Assembly: GCA_048885525.1 (NCBI GenBank)
Contig: JBHLLP010000003.1
Coordinates: forward strand, 74,851-138,850
Source of the DNA: Candidatus Hermodarchaeota archaeon
Lineage (GTDB): Archaea; Asgardarchaeota; Lokiarchaeia; Sigyniarchaeales; SOKP01
Length of the DNA: 64,000 nucleotides
Direction: 5' to 3'
Both the position numbers and the translations under genes were made by a program. The first letter of the stretch is position 1; the number at the start of each line of letters is the position of its first letter. Under the pieces are notes generated by a model, which was given only the letters and a program-made list of their open reading frames with translations, made no database searches and was not told where the DNA came from. Positions 1-9,913 of this stretch are shown in pieces.

Positions 1-343
1 TTGAAATCTCTAAATATTCAATATCGGCACATAGAGGAAATATCCGATTTAAATCAAGTGTAAATTTATTTCGAGTTAAAATTTTTAAAGCTTTAATATC
101 AATATCTACACTTAAAACATAGCTAGCATTGAAAAAAGCACTCACGATAGATAATCTTCCTGTTCCAGCACCTAAATCTATAATAAATGCTTTATTAATA
201 TCATTATATTCAAATCCAGCATAATAAATTATATCTACAGCACATCTTGCATCAATGGTATATTGTTCTAATTCAATTTTGGGATGGCTAAATGATTCGG
301 TTTTTTGAATAATAGAGACTAATTCTTTTTTTTTAAATTTCAT
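1..343 (-). CDS. METTL5-family SAM-dependent RNA methyltransferase (partial, runs off the window start)
   Basis: Not in the ORF track. Manual translation from ATG at 343: MKFKKKELVSIIQKTESFSHPKIELEQYTIDA...IIDLGAGTGRLSI, with the F-x-x-PK-x-x-LEQY motif and SAM motif I DLGAGTG. Confidence 0.85.
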   Translation of the reverse strand, partial: MKFKKKELVSIIQKTESFSHPKIELEQYTIDARCAVDIIYYAGFEYNDINKAFIIDLGAGTGRLSIVSAFFNASYVLSVDIDIKALKILTRNKFTLDLNRIFPLCADIEYLEIS

Positions 344-445
344 CCTAAAAAATGTTTGCTCTTTTTAAATTAATACATTAAATTTATTTATCTTATTTAA
401 TAATATTTACTTAAGGTAGAAAGAGTTTGAGAAATTAAAAAACTA

Positions 446-1057
446 TTGTTGATATTATTGAGTAAGAAATCCCTCAAAAATAAGGATATTGTTTTAACTG
501 GCCAATATTTGGGTGTAGTGGAAGAATTCCTTCCTGATAAACAATCCACATTTACTAAGGATGGCAAAATATTCGCCAGTAAAACAGGTATGATTACTAT
601 TAATGATAAAGAGAAGAGAATTGAAATAAGTACCCATCAAGAAAAAGATAGGAAGACTGTTAAAATAGGAGATACTGTTATTGGTGTAATTCTTTTTTTA
701 AGACAATATTCAGTTGGTATTAATTTTTTTACTATAAATAGGAAAATACATTTCAATTCAAGTTATTTTGGAAACATACACGTATCACAGATTTCAGATA
801 GGTACGTTGAGAAAATAAACGATGCCTTTCAAATAACAGATATAATACGTGCGAGTGTTGTAGATCAGGAGTATAATGAATACAAATTAAGTACCATTGG
901 AAAAAATTTTGGAGTTATATATGCTGATTGTGTAATCTGTGGAAATAATCTTACAAAAATCGGATATAATAAACTGAAATGTGAACGTTGTGGAAATGTG
1001 GAGAGTAGAAAACTTGCGAATGATTTTGGAAATGTAACGAATAATTTAAGATTTTAA
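446..1057 (+). CDS. csl4: Exosome complex RNA-binding protein Csl4
   Basis: N-terminal VLTGQYLG..EEF domain, S1 domain (GNIHVSQIS..DIIRASV) and C-terminal Zn ribbon CVICG...CERCGNVESRKLA. Probable start is TTG at 458. Confidence 0.92.
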   Translation: MLILLSKKSLKNKDIVLTGQYLGVVEEFLPDKQSTFTKDGKIFASKTGMITINDKEKRIEISTHQEKDRKTVKIGDTVIGVILFLRQYSVGINFFTINRKIHFNSSYFGNIHVSQISDRYVEKINDAFQITDIIRASVVDQEYNEYKLSTIGKNFGVIYADCVICGNNLTKIGYNKLKCERCGNVESRKLANDFGNVTNNLRF

Positions 1058-1095
1058 AAATTATTTTTACTTCTAAAAAATTCAAGTGTATATTA

Positions 1096-1314
1096 GTGAG
1101 AAAAGTCGGGAAAAAAGTTATTTATTTTTACAATAATAGTGGTTCATTAGATAATACAATCCAATTTCTTGAAAACATTCAGAAGAAAGTGAATTACCTC
1201 AATCTAAATGTCTCCGTTGAAGGTAAAAACATTAAAGTCACACTTTTTGGCTCAAAAGATCTCCAAAATTTGGCAACAGAAAGATTGAAGGATCTAGCAA
1301 ATCGGTATTTGTAA
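1096..1314 (+). CDS. Small hypothetical protein, possibly a truncated DUF2067-like protein
   Basis: 72-aa ORF between csl4 and rpoL, a position occupied by DUF2067 in some archaea. The family call is weak. Confidence 0.5.
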   Translation: MRKVGKKVIYFYNNSGSLDNTIQFLENIQKKVNYLNLNVSVEGKNIKVTLFGSKDLQNLATERLKDLANRYL

Positions 1315-1409
1315 GAAATCAGTTTTTTTTATAAAACCATAAAAAATTTATTATATTTTATATAATTTTTATTAATGTTATCAAATCTGTAGCATTAGGA
1401 ATAATAATA

Positions 1410-1904
1410 ATGGCAAAAAAAAAAGCTGTTAAACCAGAAGAAAAAGAAGAAGAGGAAATGGATGAATTTGCAGAGGAATTACTAGAAGATAGTGAAATGG
1501 ATGATATTTACCCCAAATTAAAAGAAAAAAAAGAAACAAAATCAAAACCTACTTCTCTTGAAGAAACTATTGATGAGGAAGAATTAGAATTTGAACTAGA
1601 AGAAGAAGCGAGATTTCCAGATTATAAATACCTCAATTTGAGAATTAAAAAGGGAAGTGGTGAAAATGATTATGAATTATTCATTGAAGGCCAATCACAT
1701 GGATTTTGTAATATACTTATAAAACATCTATTAGATATTGAAGGTGTTAACATAGCAGCATATAAATATACTAAAATTGAACCGGCAACAATATTCATCC
1801 GTCTTGAGAAAAAATGTGAAATTAAAGATATTTTACATAAAGGAATTGAATTATTACGAGAAGAAGTTAGCGAGGTTCAAAAATTATTTAAAAAACTAAC
1901 CTAG
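1410..1904 (+). CDS. rpoL: DNA-directed RNA polymerase subunit L (Rpo11) with an acidic N-terminal extension
   Basis: YELFIEGQSHGFCNIL...EGVNIAAY matches the Rpb11/RpoL pattern (ExEDHTLGNLL...VxFAxY); lies downstream of csl4. Confidence 0.8.
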   Translation: MAKKKAVKPEEKEEEEMDEFAEELLEDSEMDDIYPKLKEKKETKSKPTSLEETIDEEELEFELEEEARFPDYKYLNLRIKKGSGENDYELFIEGQSHGFCNILIKHLLDIEGVNIAAYKYTKIEPATIFIRLEKKCEIKDILHKGIELLREEVSEVQKLFKKLT

Positions 1905-1955
1905 CATTTTACTCTTTTTATAAAACTTTATAAGAATCCTTAATTCCATATCTTA

Positions 1956-2408
1956 ATGGATTACGATTTTTTAATATCGGATTTAAATATTAATAAGTCA
2001 CAAAAGATTATTGGGACCGATAAAGGCTTGGCTAAAATCGGAGATGCTATTGTTAATTTAGTTTATTCTGTTGCAAAATCTGTTTTTTTAACTAAAAATA
2101 ATCCAAACAACAAAATTGTTAGAACAGGAAAAAAAGTAAGTAAAAGTGTTTTAGAAGTAGCATTAAAACATGCTAATATGAAAAATTATGCAAAAACAAG
2201 AGCTGATGCTCATGATCTTGCTGATACAGTTGAAGCATTAGTAGCCTATGTTTGGTTAAGTAATAAAATGACCTTAAAGGAAATAATTAATTTTTTGGAA
2301 GAAAATCTTACTGGGGATTTATATAATAGATCTGAAGAACTTAAAAATGCAACTATAGCTTTTACAAATCTTTTAAATTATATTAAAAAATTTTTGCCAG
2401 AAAAATAA
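1956..2408 (+). CDS. Archaeal ribonuclease III-like (mini-III type) protein
   Basis: DKGLAKIGDAIVNLVYS and ADTVEALVAYVWL RNase III-type signatures; no dsRBD. Confidence 0.8.
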   Translation: MDYDFLISDLNINKSQKIIGTDKGLAKIGDAIVNLVYSVAKSVFLTKNNPNNKIVRTGKKVSKSVLEVALKHANMKNYAKTRADAHDLADTVEALVAYVWLSNKMTLKEIINFLEENLTGDLYNRSEELKNATIAFTNLLNYIKKFLPEK

Positions 2409-2412
2409 AAAG

Positions 2413-2973
2413 ATGAAAGATAATCCCATAACAATTGGATTCGATGATGCAAATTTTGATTTTCAATCAGAAATCAAATATACTCAATTAATTGGGGTTA
2501 TTTGTCAAGGTACAAGAATGGTTAGTGTTTTACGAGATAAAATCATGATAGATGGGGATGATGCAACAGAAACCTTAATAAATTTGGCAAAAAAAAATGA
2601 AAAACACCTACAATATATTTTAACCCACACAATAACCTTTGGTGGATTTAATCTTATAAATCTAGAGAAAATAAATTCTGAAATCCAAAAACCTATTATT
2701 GCTATAACTGAAAGAGAAGTAGATATTGACATAGTAACAAAGGCTCTTAAAAGCAAATTCCCTAAAACATATAAAAACAAATTTAGATGCATTATTGATG
2801 CTGGAAATTTATATGAAACGGAAATAATTACTGCAGGGGGGATGTCAAAATTATTTTTCCATTGTAAAGGTATTGAAATTAAAGAAGTGGAATCTCTTTT
2901 AAAAAAAATTTGTATAGACTCCAAATTACCAGAATCAGTCAGAATGGCACATCTAATTGGAAAACTATTTTAA
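2413..2973 (+). CDS. DUF99 / UPF0215 endonuclease V-like protein
   Basis: IGFDDA, DGDDAT, ITFGGFN and LPESVRMAHLI motifs. Confidence 0.85.
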   Translation: MKDNPITIGFDDANFDFQSEIKYTQLIGVICQGTRMVSVLRDKIMIDGDDATETLINLAKKNEKHLQYILTHTITFGGFNLINLEKINSEIQKPIIAITEREVDIDIVTKALKSKFPKTYKNKFRCIIDAGNLYETEIITAGGMSKLFFHCKGIEIKEVESLLKKICIDSKLPESVRMAHLIGKLF

Positions 2974-2989
2974 ATTTTAAAATTGGGCT

Positions 2990-3460
2990 TTAATCTTCCT
3001 CAATTTCATACTCTAAAATTTCACGGATTCTATCTCGTAAATCCGATCTTATTGCAGACATTCCATATGTAGTAACACCCAACTTCTTCTGAACTTTTTT
3101 TGCGCTTAAAGCCTGAGGAAGATCTTGTTTATTTGCTATAGCAATAATTTTAGTGTTCATATAGCGTGAAAACTTATCATATATTTCTTTAGTCCTTTCA
3201 ATGTTATCTTCTGTAGAATCACATACTAAAACCGCTAAACCCGTTCCCCTAATAAAATCTTGCCACATGAACCTAAACCGTTCTTGGCCTCCAAAATCCC
3301 AAATATTTACTTTTTTGCCATTAAGAACCGAGTCTTCAATTTCTAACCCTACTGTTGGATTTGTATCTTTCGATATTTCTCGACCTTGGAGCAAGCTTAA
3401 CAGTGATGATTTTCCAACACTACTCAACCCTAAAAAGCAAATTTTTGTTTTAGTTGAAAG
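2990..3460 (-). CDS. Arf-like small GTPase (eukaryotic signature protein); start extended upstream of the ORF-track TTG at 3427
   Basis: KICFLGLSSVGKSS (G1), PTVG (G2), WDFGGQERFRFMW (G3), ANKQDLPQALS (G4), MSA (G5). Strand beta1 and the first P-loop Gly lie upstream of 3427. Confidence 0.85.
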   Translation of the reverse strand, partial: LSTKTKICFLGLSSVGKSSLLSLLQGREISKDTNPTVGLEIEDSVLNGKKVNIWDFGGQERFRFMWQDFIRGTGLAVLVCDSTEDNIERTKEIYDKFSRYMNTKIIAIANKQDLPQALSAKKVQKKLGVTTYGMSAIRSDLRDRIREILEYEIEED

Positions 3461-3719
3461 AACTTTAAATCAACCTTCTCTAAATAGAAGTTTCTTAAGT
3501 AGAAAAGGCAAATTAAGCTTCAAAAAAGATAATAATATTCGTATATCATAAGAATACTATAATATAATACAAAGAAAATGTAATTTGAAATCAAAAAGGT
3601 TAACATTAATGTTGTTTTAAATATGCTTTTTGATTCATTTAATGAACTTAATAAATAGACTTAAAAAAATAATCAATTAAAAATAAGAATATAATAAAAA
3701 ATTTCAAGATAGGATTAAT

Positions 3720-5027
3720 TTAGGCTCCTGTGTTAATTTCCTTGACAATTCCCACGGCTACGGTTCTTCCCATATCACGGACAGCAAACCGACCCATTTC
3801 TGGAAAAGCTTCATATTTTTCAAGACACATTTTCTTGATAGGACTTAACTCTACAAGAGCAGATTCATTTTTCTTAAGAAACTTTGGTGAATCCTCAATC
3901 ACAGCCCCTGTCTTTTGATCCATCTTTTTAAGTAGGCTGGTGAATTTAGCAGCAACCTGTGCTGTATGTGCGTGAATTACGGGAGTATAACCTTGCGCAA
4001 GTGCTGTGGGGTGCCAAATAACAATAATCTGTCCAGTCCATTTCCCTTTAGGGGTAATCACTGTTGGTGGATCACTTGGATGACCTAAACAATCTCCTCT
4101 ACTTGCATCTGCCATTGTAATTCCTCGGATACTAAATCCTACGTTGTCTCCTGGTATGGCTTGTGGAATCTCTTCATGATGCATTTCAATACTTCGAACC
4201 TCCCCCTGAAAACCAGTTGGCATTATTATTATTTTATCTCCCTTCTTTAAAATTCCAGTTTCTACTCGACCAACAGGGACAACTCCTGTTCCTTTAATTC
4301 TATAAGCATCTTGAATGGGAAGCCTTAGGGGTTTACCAGTTGGCTTTTCTGGAAGAACAAATTGATCTATAGCATCAATCAGGGTTGGACCATCATACCA
4401 AGGCATCTTGTCACTTTTCCTTGAAAGGTTTTCCATTTGCATACCAGAAGTAGGGACAAAGGGTACTTCCTTAAGCTTAAAACCAATGTTTTTTAGAAGA
4501 TCTCCAACAGCATCCTTACATTCATTGAATCTTCCCTCAGAATAATCATAAACATCAGCTTTATTAACTGCAACAACCATTTGTTTTACACCTAATGTTT
4601 GTGCCAAGTAAGCATGTTCACGAGTCTGTCCATTAGCAGCGATCCCAACTTCCATTTCACCTTTCTTCCCAGAGACAACTAAGATAGCAGCATCTGCCTG
4701 AGACGCACCAGTTATCATATTTTTTACGAAATCCGCATGGCCAGGTGCGTCAATGATGGTGAAATATTTTGATTTAGTCTCAAATTTTCTAAATGCTAAG
4801 TCAATTGTGATACCTCGTTGCCTCTCCTCTTTTAATCTGTCAAAAACAAAGGCATAAGACCAAGATTCTCTATCATATTCCTTAGCTAATTTTTCTAACT
4901 CACGTGCTTCTCTATCAGTAACTGCTCCTGTCTCAATAAGCATTGCTCCCATCATGGTTGATTTACCGTGGTCAATGTGTCCAATAATCACAAGATTCAG
5001 ATGTTCCTTTTCGACCATTTTCATCAA
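3720..5027 (-). CDS. tuf: Translation elongation factor EF-1alpha
   Basis: GHIDHGKST, RGITID, DAPGHADFVKNMITGASQAD, NKAD, GRFAVRDMGRTVAVG. Confidence 0.98.
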   Translation of the reverse strand: MMKMVEKEHLNLVIIGHIDHGKSTMMGAMLIETGAVTDREARELEKLAKEYDRESWSYAFVFDRLKEERQRGITIDLAFRKFETKSKYFTIIDAPGHADFVKNMITGASQADAAILVVSGKKGEMEVGIAANGQTREHAYLAQTLGVKQMVVAVNKADVYDYSEGRFNECKDAVGDLLKNIGFKLKEVPFVPTSGMQMENLSRKSDKMPWYDGPTLIDAIDQFVLPEKPTGKPLRLPIQDAYRIKGTGVVPVGRVETGILKKGDKIIIMPTGFQGEVRSIEMHHEEIPQAIPGDNVGFSIRGITMADASRGDCLGHPSDPPTVITPKGKWTGQIIVIWHPTALAQGYTPVIHAHTAQVAAKFTSLLKKMDQKTGAVIEDSPKFLKKNESALVELSPIKKMCLEKYEAFPEMGRFAVRDMGRTVAVGIVKEINTGA

Positions 5028-5480
5028 TTTCCTTAATTTTTTTTGAATTAAATTTTCTAATTTTTAATTATCAAATAAAATAATTTTTATTAGATGTTAA
5101 TTGTAAATGTTGTTGAGTTTATATTTTTTACTATATTTCAGCGTAATCATCGAGTTTTAATAAGTATTACAATGAATAAATATCAATCCTTATATAGATA
5201 ATTTTTAATTAAGATTTCTAATAATCTCACCGGATAATTAAATGGTTTTATCCGATTAGAGTCTTATATTTTATCAATAAAATAAATAAAAGAAACTTAA
5301 TTTTGTATTAGTTTAGTTTAAATTTGGACTTCAAGTGGAGTTCAATATTTCAAACTATATATTAATAAAGTTCATAATAATATTTTAAAAGAAAAAGTAA
5401 GCTTAACTAATTTAATTACATTTTTAACTTAATTTATATAAAAGAATTCTTCTATTGAGAGGTGATTTTTTATAAAACGG

Positions 5481-6437
5481 ATGCTAAAGGGGATTAATAA
5501 AACATTAAGTGCTTTAGGAATGGGATGTTTTGGTATTGGAGGTCCATTTATGCGCTCCAATGGTTCTTATCTAGGATATGGAAAAGTAAATGATGAAGAA
5601 TCAATAAAGACAATCCATAGGGCTATAGAACTTGGAATTACTATTTTTGATACAGCAGATATATACGGAGTGGGCAGAAGTGAAAAAGTTCTTGGAGAAG
5701 CATTAAAGGAATATAGAGATGATGTTGTAATTGTTACAAAATTTGGTAGTGTTTTTGAGGAAGGAAATCCTCGTACTCTAGATAAGAAAGATACAAGTCC
5801 TAAATATATTCGCAATGCCCTTGAATCTAGTATGAGGCGACTTCAAACAGATTTTATCGATGTCTATCAATTACATTCCAGTGGCCATGATATTAATGAC
5901 GCAAGAAAAGTACAGATAATTTTAGAAGAATTAGTAGAAGAAGGATTAATTGGTGGATATGGATGGAGTACAGATGATCCAAACCGAATGGAAGTATTCG
6001 CAAAAAGTGAAAAATGCAATTCAGTAGAATATACTATGAATATTACACTTATAAATGATCAAATGATACAACTCTGCGAGAACAGCAATTTAATTGGATT
6101 GATAAGGAGTCCCTTAGCTTCTGGTATACTTACTGGGAAATATAATGAACACACTGAGATCCCAGCTGATCATATGTTAGCTGGAGTTGATTTTTCTCAA
6201 GATCAATATAAAAAAATAAATAGTAAGTTTCAAGAATTAAAAGAAATAATAAGGCAGGATGGTAGAACACTAATTCAAGGACAACTTGGCTATCTTATGA
6301 CTACCAGTGAAACTACAATCCCTATCCCTGGAGCAAAAACGGTTGAACAAATTGAAGAGAATGCTAGAACTCTAGAATTTGGGCCTTTACCTACAGATAT
6401 TGTAAAAGAAATTAAAACACTAATAGCAGATCTTTAA
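5481..6437 (+). CDS. Aldo/keto reductase
   Basis: FDTADIYG, SEKVLG, TKFG, RLQTDFIDVYQLH, SPLASGILTGKY, IPGAKTVEQIEEN. Start may be ATA at 5472. Confidence 0.93.
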   Translation: MLKGINKTLSALGMGCFGIGGPFMRSNGSYLGYGKVNDEESIKTIHRAIELGITIFDTADIYGVGRSEKVLGEALKEYRDDVVIVTKFGSVFEEGNPRTLDKKDTSPKYIRNALESSMRRLQTDFIDVYQLHSSGHDINDARKVQIILEELVEEGLIGGYGWSTDDPNRMEVFAKSEKCNSVEYTMNITLINDQMIQLCENSNLIGLIRSPLASGILTGKYNEHTEIPADHMLAGVDFSQDQYKKINSKFQELKEIIRQDGRTLIQGQLGYLMTTSETTIPIPGAKTVEQIEENARTLEFGPLPTDIVKEIKTLIADL

Positions 6438-6588
6438 TTATATTAATAATATTCGAAGAATTATCATAGCATATTAGAAATGTTTTTGAATTGATGGAAG
6501 TTAATTTTATTCAAATTTTTAGATAATATTGATTTGATTCAAATAAGAAATATAAACGAGTTGAAATTTAACTAAATAACAATTAATA

Positions 6589-8469
6589 TTGGTCGATAAA
6601 AAAGGGATTAAAATGGGAAATGGATATACTGGAAATATTTTAAGAATAGATCTAGGGAATGAAAGGACCTCAATAGAAAATCCCGACGATATTTTCTACC
6701 GTAGATATATTGGAGGTGAGGGCATTGTAGCCTACTATCTCTTAAAGGAATTAAAAGCTGGTATTGATCCACTAGGCCCAGAAAATAAATTAATCTTTGC
6801 AGCGGGGCCTTTAACAGGTTTGACTATTCCAGGAACGGGTAGAAATAGTGTTGGAGCGAAATCACCTTTAACAGGAGGTTTTGGAGAAGCAGAAGTAGGA
6901 GGTTATTGGGGTGCAGAATTAAAGCATACCGGATATGACGCTATAATTATTGAAGGAAAAGCAAAAAATCCTGTTTATCTCTGGATAAACAACGGAGAAA
7001 TTGAAATTAAAGATGCTGGCCATCTCTGGGGCAAAATTACAGGTGACACACAAAAAATTATACAGGATGAATTGAATAATAAAAATATTCGTATTGCACA
7101 AATTGGTCCTGGGGGTGAAAAGTTAGTAAGATATGCTTGTATTATTAATGAATTAAGAGATGCTGCCGGAAGAACAGGGATGGGATGTGTAATGGGATCA
7201 AAAAATCTTAAAGCTATTGCTGTTAAAGGGAACAAAAAACCTGAAGCAAAAGACAAGGAGAAGCTTCGAGAATTAATAAAAATGTATAATGAAGTTTATC
7301 AAGAAACTATTGCTGGTTATTTTGAATTTGGTACTGGAGGTGATTATATGGAAAGATCTGCTTCTTCAGGTAACCTTCCTTTTCGAAATTTCAGAGACGG
7401 AGGATTCACTAATGCTAAAGCATTAGACCCCATAAATATTAAAGAAACGTTTGGTATGGAGAAAGATGGTTGTTATGCTTGTTCTATTCGCTGTAAAAAG
7501 ATCATTAAGATTGAAAATCCTTGGACTATAGATTCCATTTATGGAGGTCCTGAATATGAAACATTAGGAGCGTTAGGTTCAACCTGTGGTATCGATGATG
7601 TAGCAACGGTATGTAAAGGCAATGAACTTTGCAATAAATATTCACTAGATACAATTTCAACTGGGGTTTCAATTGGATTTGCAATGGAATGCTATGAAAA
7701 TGGAATTTTATCAGATAAAGATACTGATGGGATTAAGCTTAACTTTGGAAATTCGGAAGCAATGATTCAAATGATAGAAAAGATTGCCCATCGACAAGGA
7801 TTAGGAGATATATTAGCAGAAGGTGTTAAAAAAGCTGCTGAAAAGATAAAAAATGGTTCAAATAAATATGCTATGCATGTTAAAGGTGTTGAGATTCCAA
7901 TGCATGAACCTCGCCTCAAACAAGGATTAGGTATTGGGTATGCACTCTCACCAACTGGTGCAGAACATATGACTAATCTCCATGATGATTCAATTTCTCA
8001 TAGTAGAGTTATGGCACGCCACGGTCCTATAGGAATATTAGAACCTTTAGAAATGAATGATTTAAGTCCAAAGAAGGTAAGAGCAGTACTATATCATACA
8101 AATTGGCAATATCTATCTAATGCATTGCTCATGTGTTACTTCCTTTCTTGGTCATATCATCATCTCACTGAAGTAGTACAAGCAGTGACTGGATGGAATA
8201 CTTCAATATGGGAATTAATGAAAGCAGGAGAGAGGATTTCTACAATGGCAAGGGTATATAATACCCGAGAAGGATTAACTGAGAATGATGATTGGTTACC
8301 AGAAAGATTTTTCGAACCACATACTTCAGGAGCTCTGTCTGAAGTCTCTATTGATCCTGAAAAGTTGAAAAGCGCAATTAAGACATATTATAAAATGATG
8401 GGTTGGAATGAGAATGGGATACCTACTAAAGCAAAACTTGAAGAATTAGAAATTGATTGGATTATCTAA
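6589..8469 (+). CDS. aor: Tungsten-containing aldehyde:ferredoxin oxidoreductase family protein
   Basis: DPLGPENKLIF, KSPLTG, AAGRTGMGCVMGSKNLKAI, CYACSIRC, GPEYET, DTISTG. Probable start is ATG at 6613. Confidence 0.93.
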   Translation: MVDKKGIKMGNGYTGNILRIDLGNERTSIENPDDIFYRRYIGGEGIVAYYLLKELKAGIDPLGPENKLIFAAGPLTGLTIPGTGRNSVGAKSPLTGGFGEAEVGGYWGAELKHTGYDAIIIEGKAKNPVYLWINNGEIEIKDAGHLWGKITGDTQKIIQDELNNKNIRIAQIGPGGEKLVRYACIINELRDAAGRTGMGCVMGSKNLKAIAVKGNKKPEAKDKEKLRELIKMYNEVYQETIAGYFEFGTGGDYMERSASSGNLPFRNFRDGGFTNAKALDPINIKETFGMEKDGCYACSIRCKKIIKIENPWTIDSIYGGPEYETLGALGSTCGIDDVATVCKGNELCNKYSLDTISTGVSIGFAMECYENGILSDKDTDGIKLNFGNSEAMIQMIEKIAHRQGLGDILAEGVKKAAEKIKNGSNKYAMHVKGVEIPMHEPRLKQGLGIGYALSPTGAEHMTNLHDDSISHSRVMARHGPIGILEPLEMNDLSPKKVRAVLYHTNWQYLSNALLMCYFLSWSYHHLTEVVQAVTGWNTSIWELMKAGERISTMARVYNTREGLTENDDWLPERFFEPHTSGALSEVSIDPEKLKSAIKTYYKMMGWNENGIPTKAKLEELEIDWII

Positions 8470-8528
8470 ACTTAATAAAAAGAGAGAGAAATATTCTTTA
8501 TTATTACCTCCAAAAAATTTTTCTATTC

Positions 8529-8975
8529 TTAGAGTTTTAAATCCTTGAATAATTTATCTTTATTTTTTCGTATTAAATCAAAGATTTCATTAATTTCTTC
8601 TTGGAAATTTACTTTTTCCCCGTCTAAATCATTAATTTCAACTATAACTTTGTTTTTTAAAAATTTCTCGAAAACTAGATCAATATCATAAATATTTACA
8701 TGAGTCTCTTTAAAAAAATCTAAGAGATGATGTAAATAAAGAGCTTTAATATAACCTTTCTTATTTGAGTCCTTTTCATAAAAATATTTAAGTTGCTGGA
8801 AAATGATACCCTCATCGTTATCTTCTAATTTTATATCATCTTGATGATGAATCGCCCATTCAAATCCATAATCAAGTGCTTTATTAATCAAATACGCAAT
8901 ATTATTTTTAATTCCGGCTTTTTTAGCCCATTTATTATGAATATACCAATTTGGAATTTTTGAATCACTTCTCAA
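8529..8975 (-). CDS. Hypothetical protein (PNWxIHxKWA N-terminus, LHHLLD motif; possible metal-binding helical fold)
   Basis: 148-aa ORF filling the gap between aor and aIF2alpha; His-containing motifs. Confidence 0.65.
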   Translation of the reverse strand: MRSDSKIPNWYIHNKWAKKAGIKNNIAYLINKALDYGFEWAIHHQDDIKLEDNDEGIIFQQLKYFYEKDSNKKGYIKALYLHHLLDFFKETHVNIYDIDLVFEKFLKNKVIVEINDLDGEKVNFQEEINEIFDLIRKNKDKLFKDLKL

Positions 8976-9080
8976 ATACCTTCTTTATTTGAATGATGAA
9001 AAAAATAAAAAATTATAGATTATTAAATTAAATTAAGAATTTATAAAAGTAATATAATAAATTATGGTGTTCTCAATACA

Positions 9081-9902
9081 ATGGTAAAAAGTAAAACGAA
9101 GTTTCCAAGGGAAGGAGAATTTGTAGTTGCTAAAGTGACAGAGGTGCAAGATCAATATGTTTACGTTGATTTAATTGATTTTGAGGGTTTAGACTCTGAA
9201 GAATGTGCTAGAGGAATGATACATATATCAGAAATAAGTTCTCGATGGATCAAAAATATACGTAATTATGTTCGAATTGGTCAAAGAGTAGTTTTACGAG
9301 TATTAAGGGTAGATACAGATAAGGGACATGTAGATTTGTCATTAAGACGAGTAAATTCTGCTCAAAGAAAAAATCGAATAAAAGAATGGAAATATGCATT
9401 AAAATTTGAAAATTTACTACAATTTCTTACAGAAACAGAAAATATTGGTATAACACTAGATAAGGCATATGAGACAATAGGATTTCCTATCCTTGATTAT
9501 TTCGATTCATATCAAGAAGCTGTTGAAAGTCTTAAAGAAAGTGGAGATGAACTTCTATCTGAATTACCTGGAATGACGGATGGAACAAAATCGTCTTTAT
9601 TAAAGATAATTAATGAAAATGTAAGTATTTCAACAGTGAGCATATCTGGTAAGGTTAAACTATCAATTCCTTCAGAAAATGGGATAGAAGAGATTAAAGA
9701 TTCATTATTAAAAGCAATAAATGTAATAGAGCCAAAGCAAACCAGAAATATTAATATTGATTATATTGCAGCACCATATTATCGATTAGAAATTGTTTCA
9801 AAGGATTATTTAGATGCAGAAAATATTTTATCTGACGCTTTAGAAATTATTGAACAAAATGCTGAAAAATATAATGGATCTTTTGAATTTATTAGAGACT
9901 AG
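9081..9902 (+). CDS. eif2a: Translation initiation factor 2 subunit alpha (aIF2alpha)
   Basis: S1 domain GMIHISEISSRWIKNIRNYVRIGQ...KGHVDLSLRRV and C-terminal YIAAPYYRL; followed by nop10. Confidence 0.95.
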   Translation: MVKSKTKFPREGEFVVAKVTEVQDQYVYVDLIDFEGLDSEECARGMIHISEISSRWIKNIRNYVRIGQRVVLRVLRVDTDKGHVDLSLRRVNSAQRKNRIKEWKYALKFENLLQFLTETENIGITLDKAYETIGFPILDYFDSYQEAVESLKESGDELLSELPGMTDGTKSSLLKIINENVSISTVSISGKVKLSIPSENGIEEIKDSLLKAINVIEPKQTRNINIDYIAAPYYRLEIVSKDYLDAENILSDALEIIEQNAEKYNGSFEFIRD

Positions 9903-9913
9903 AAATTCGAGAT

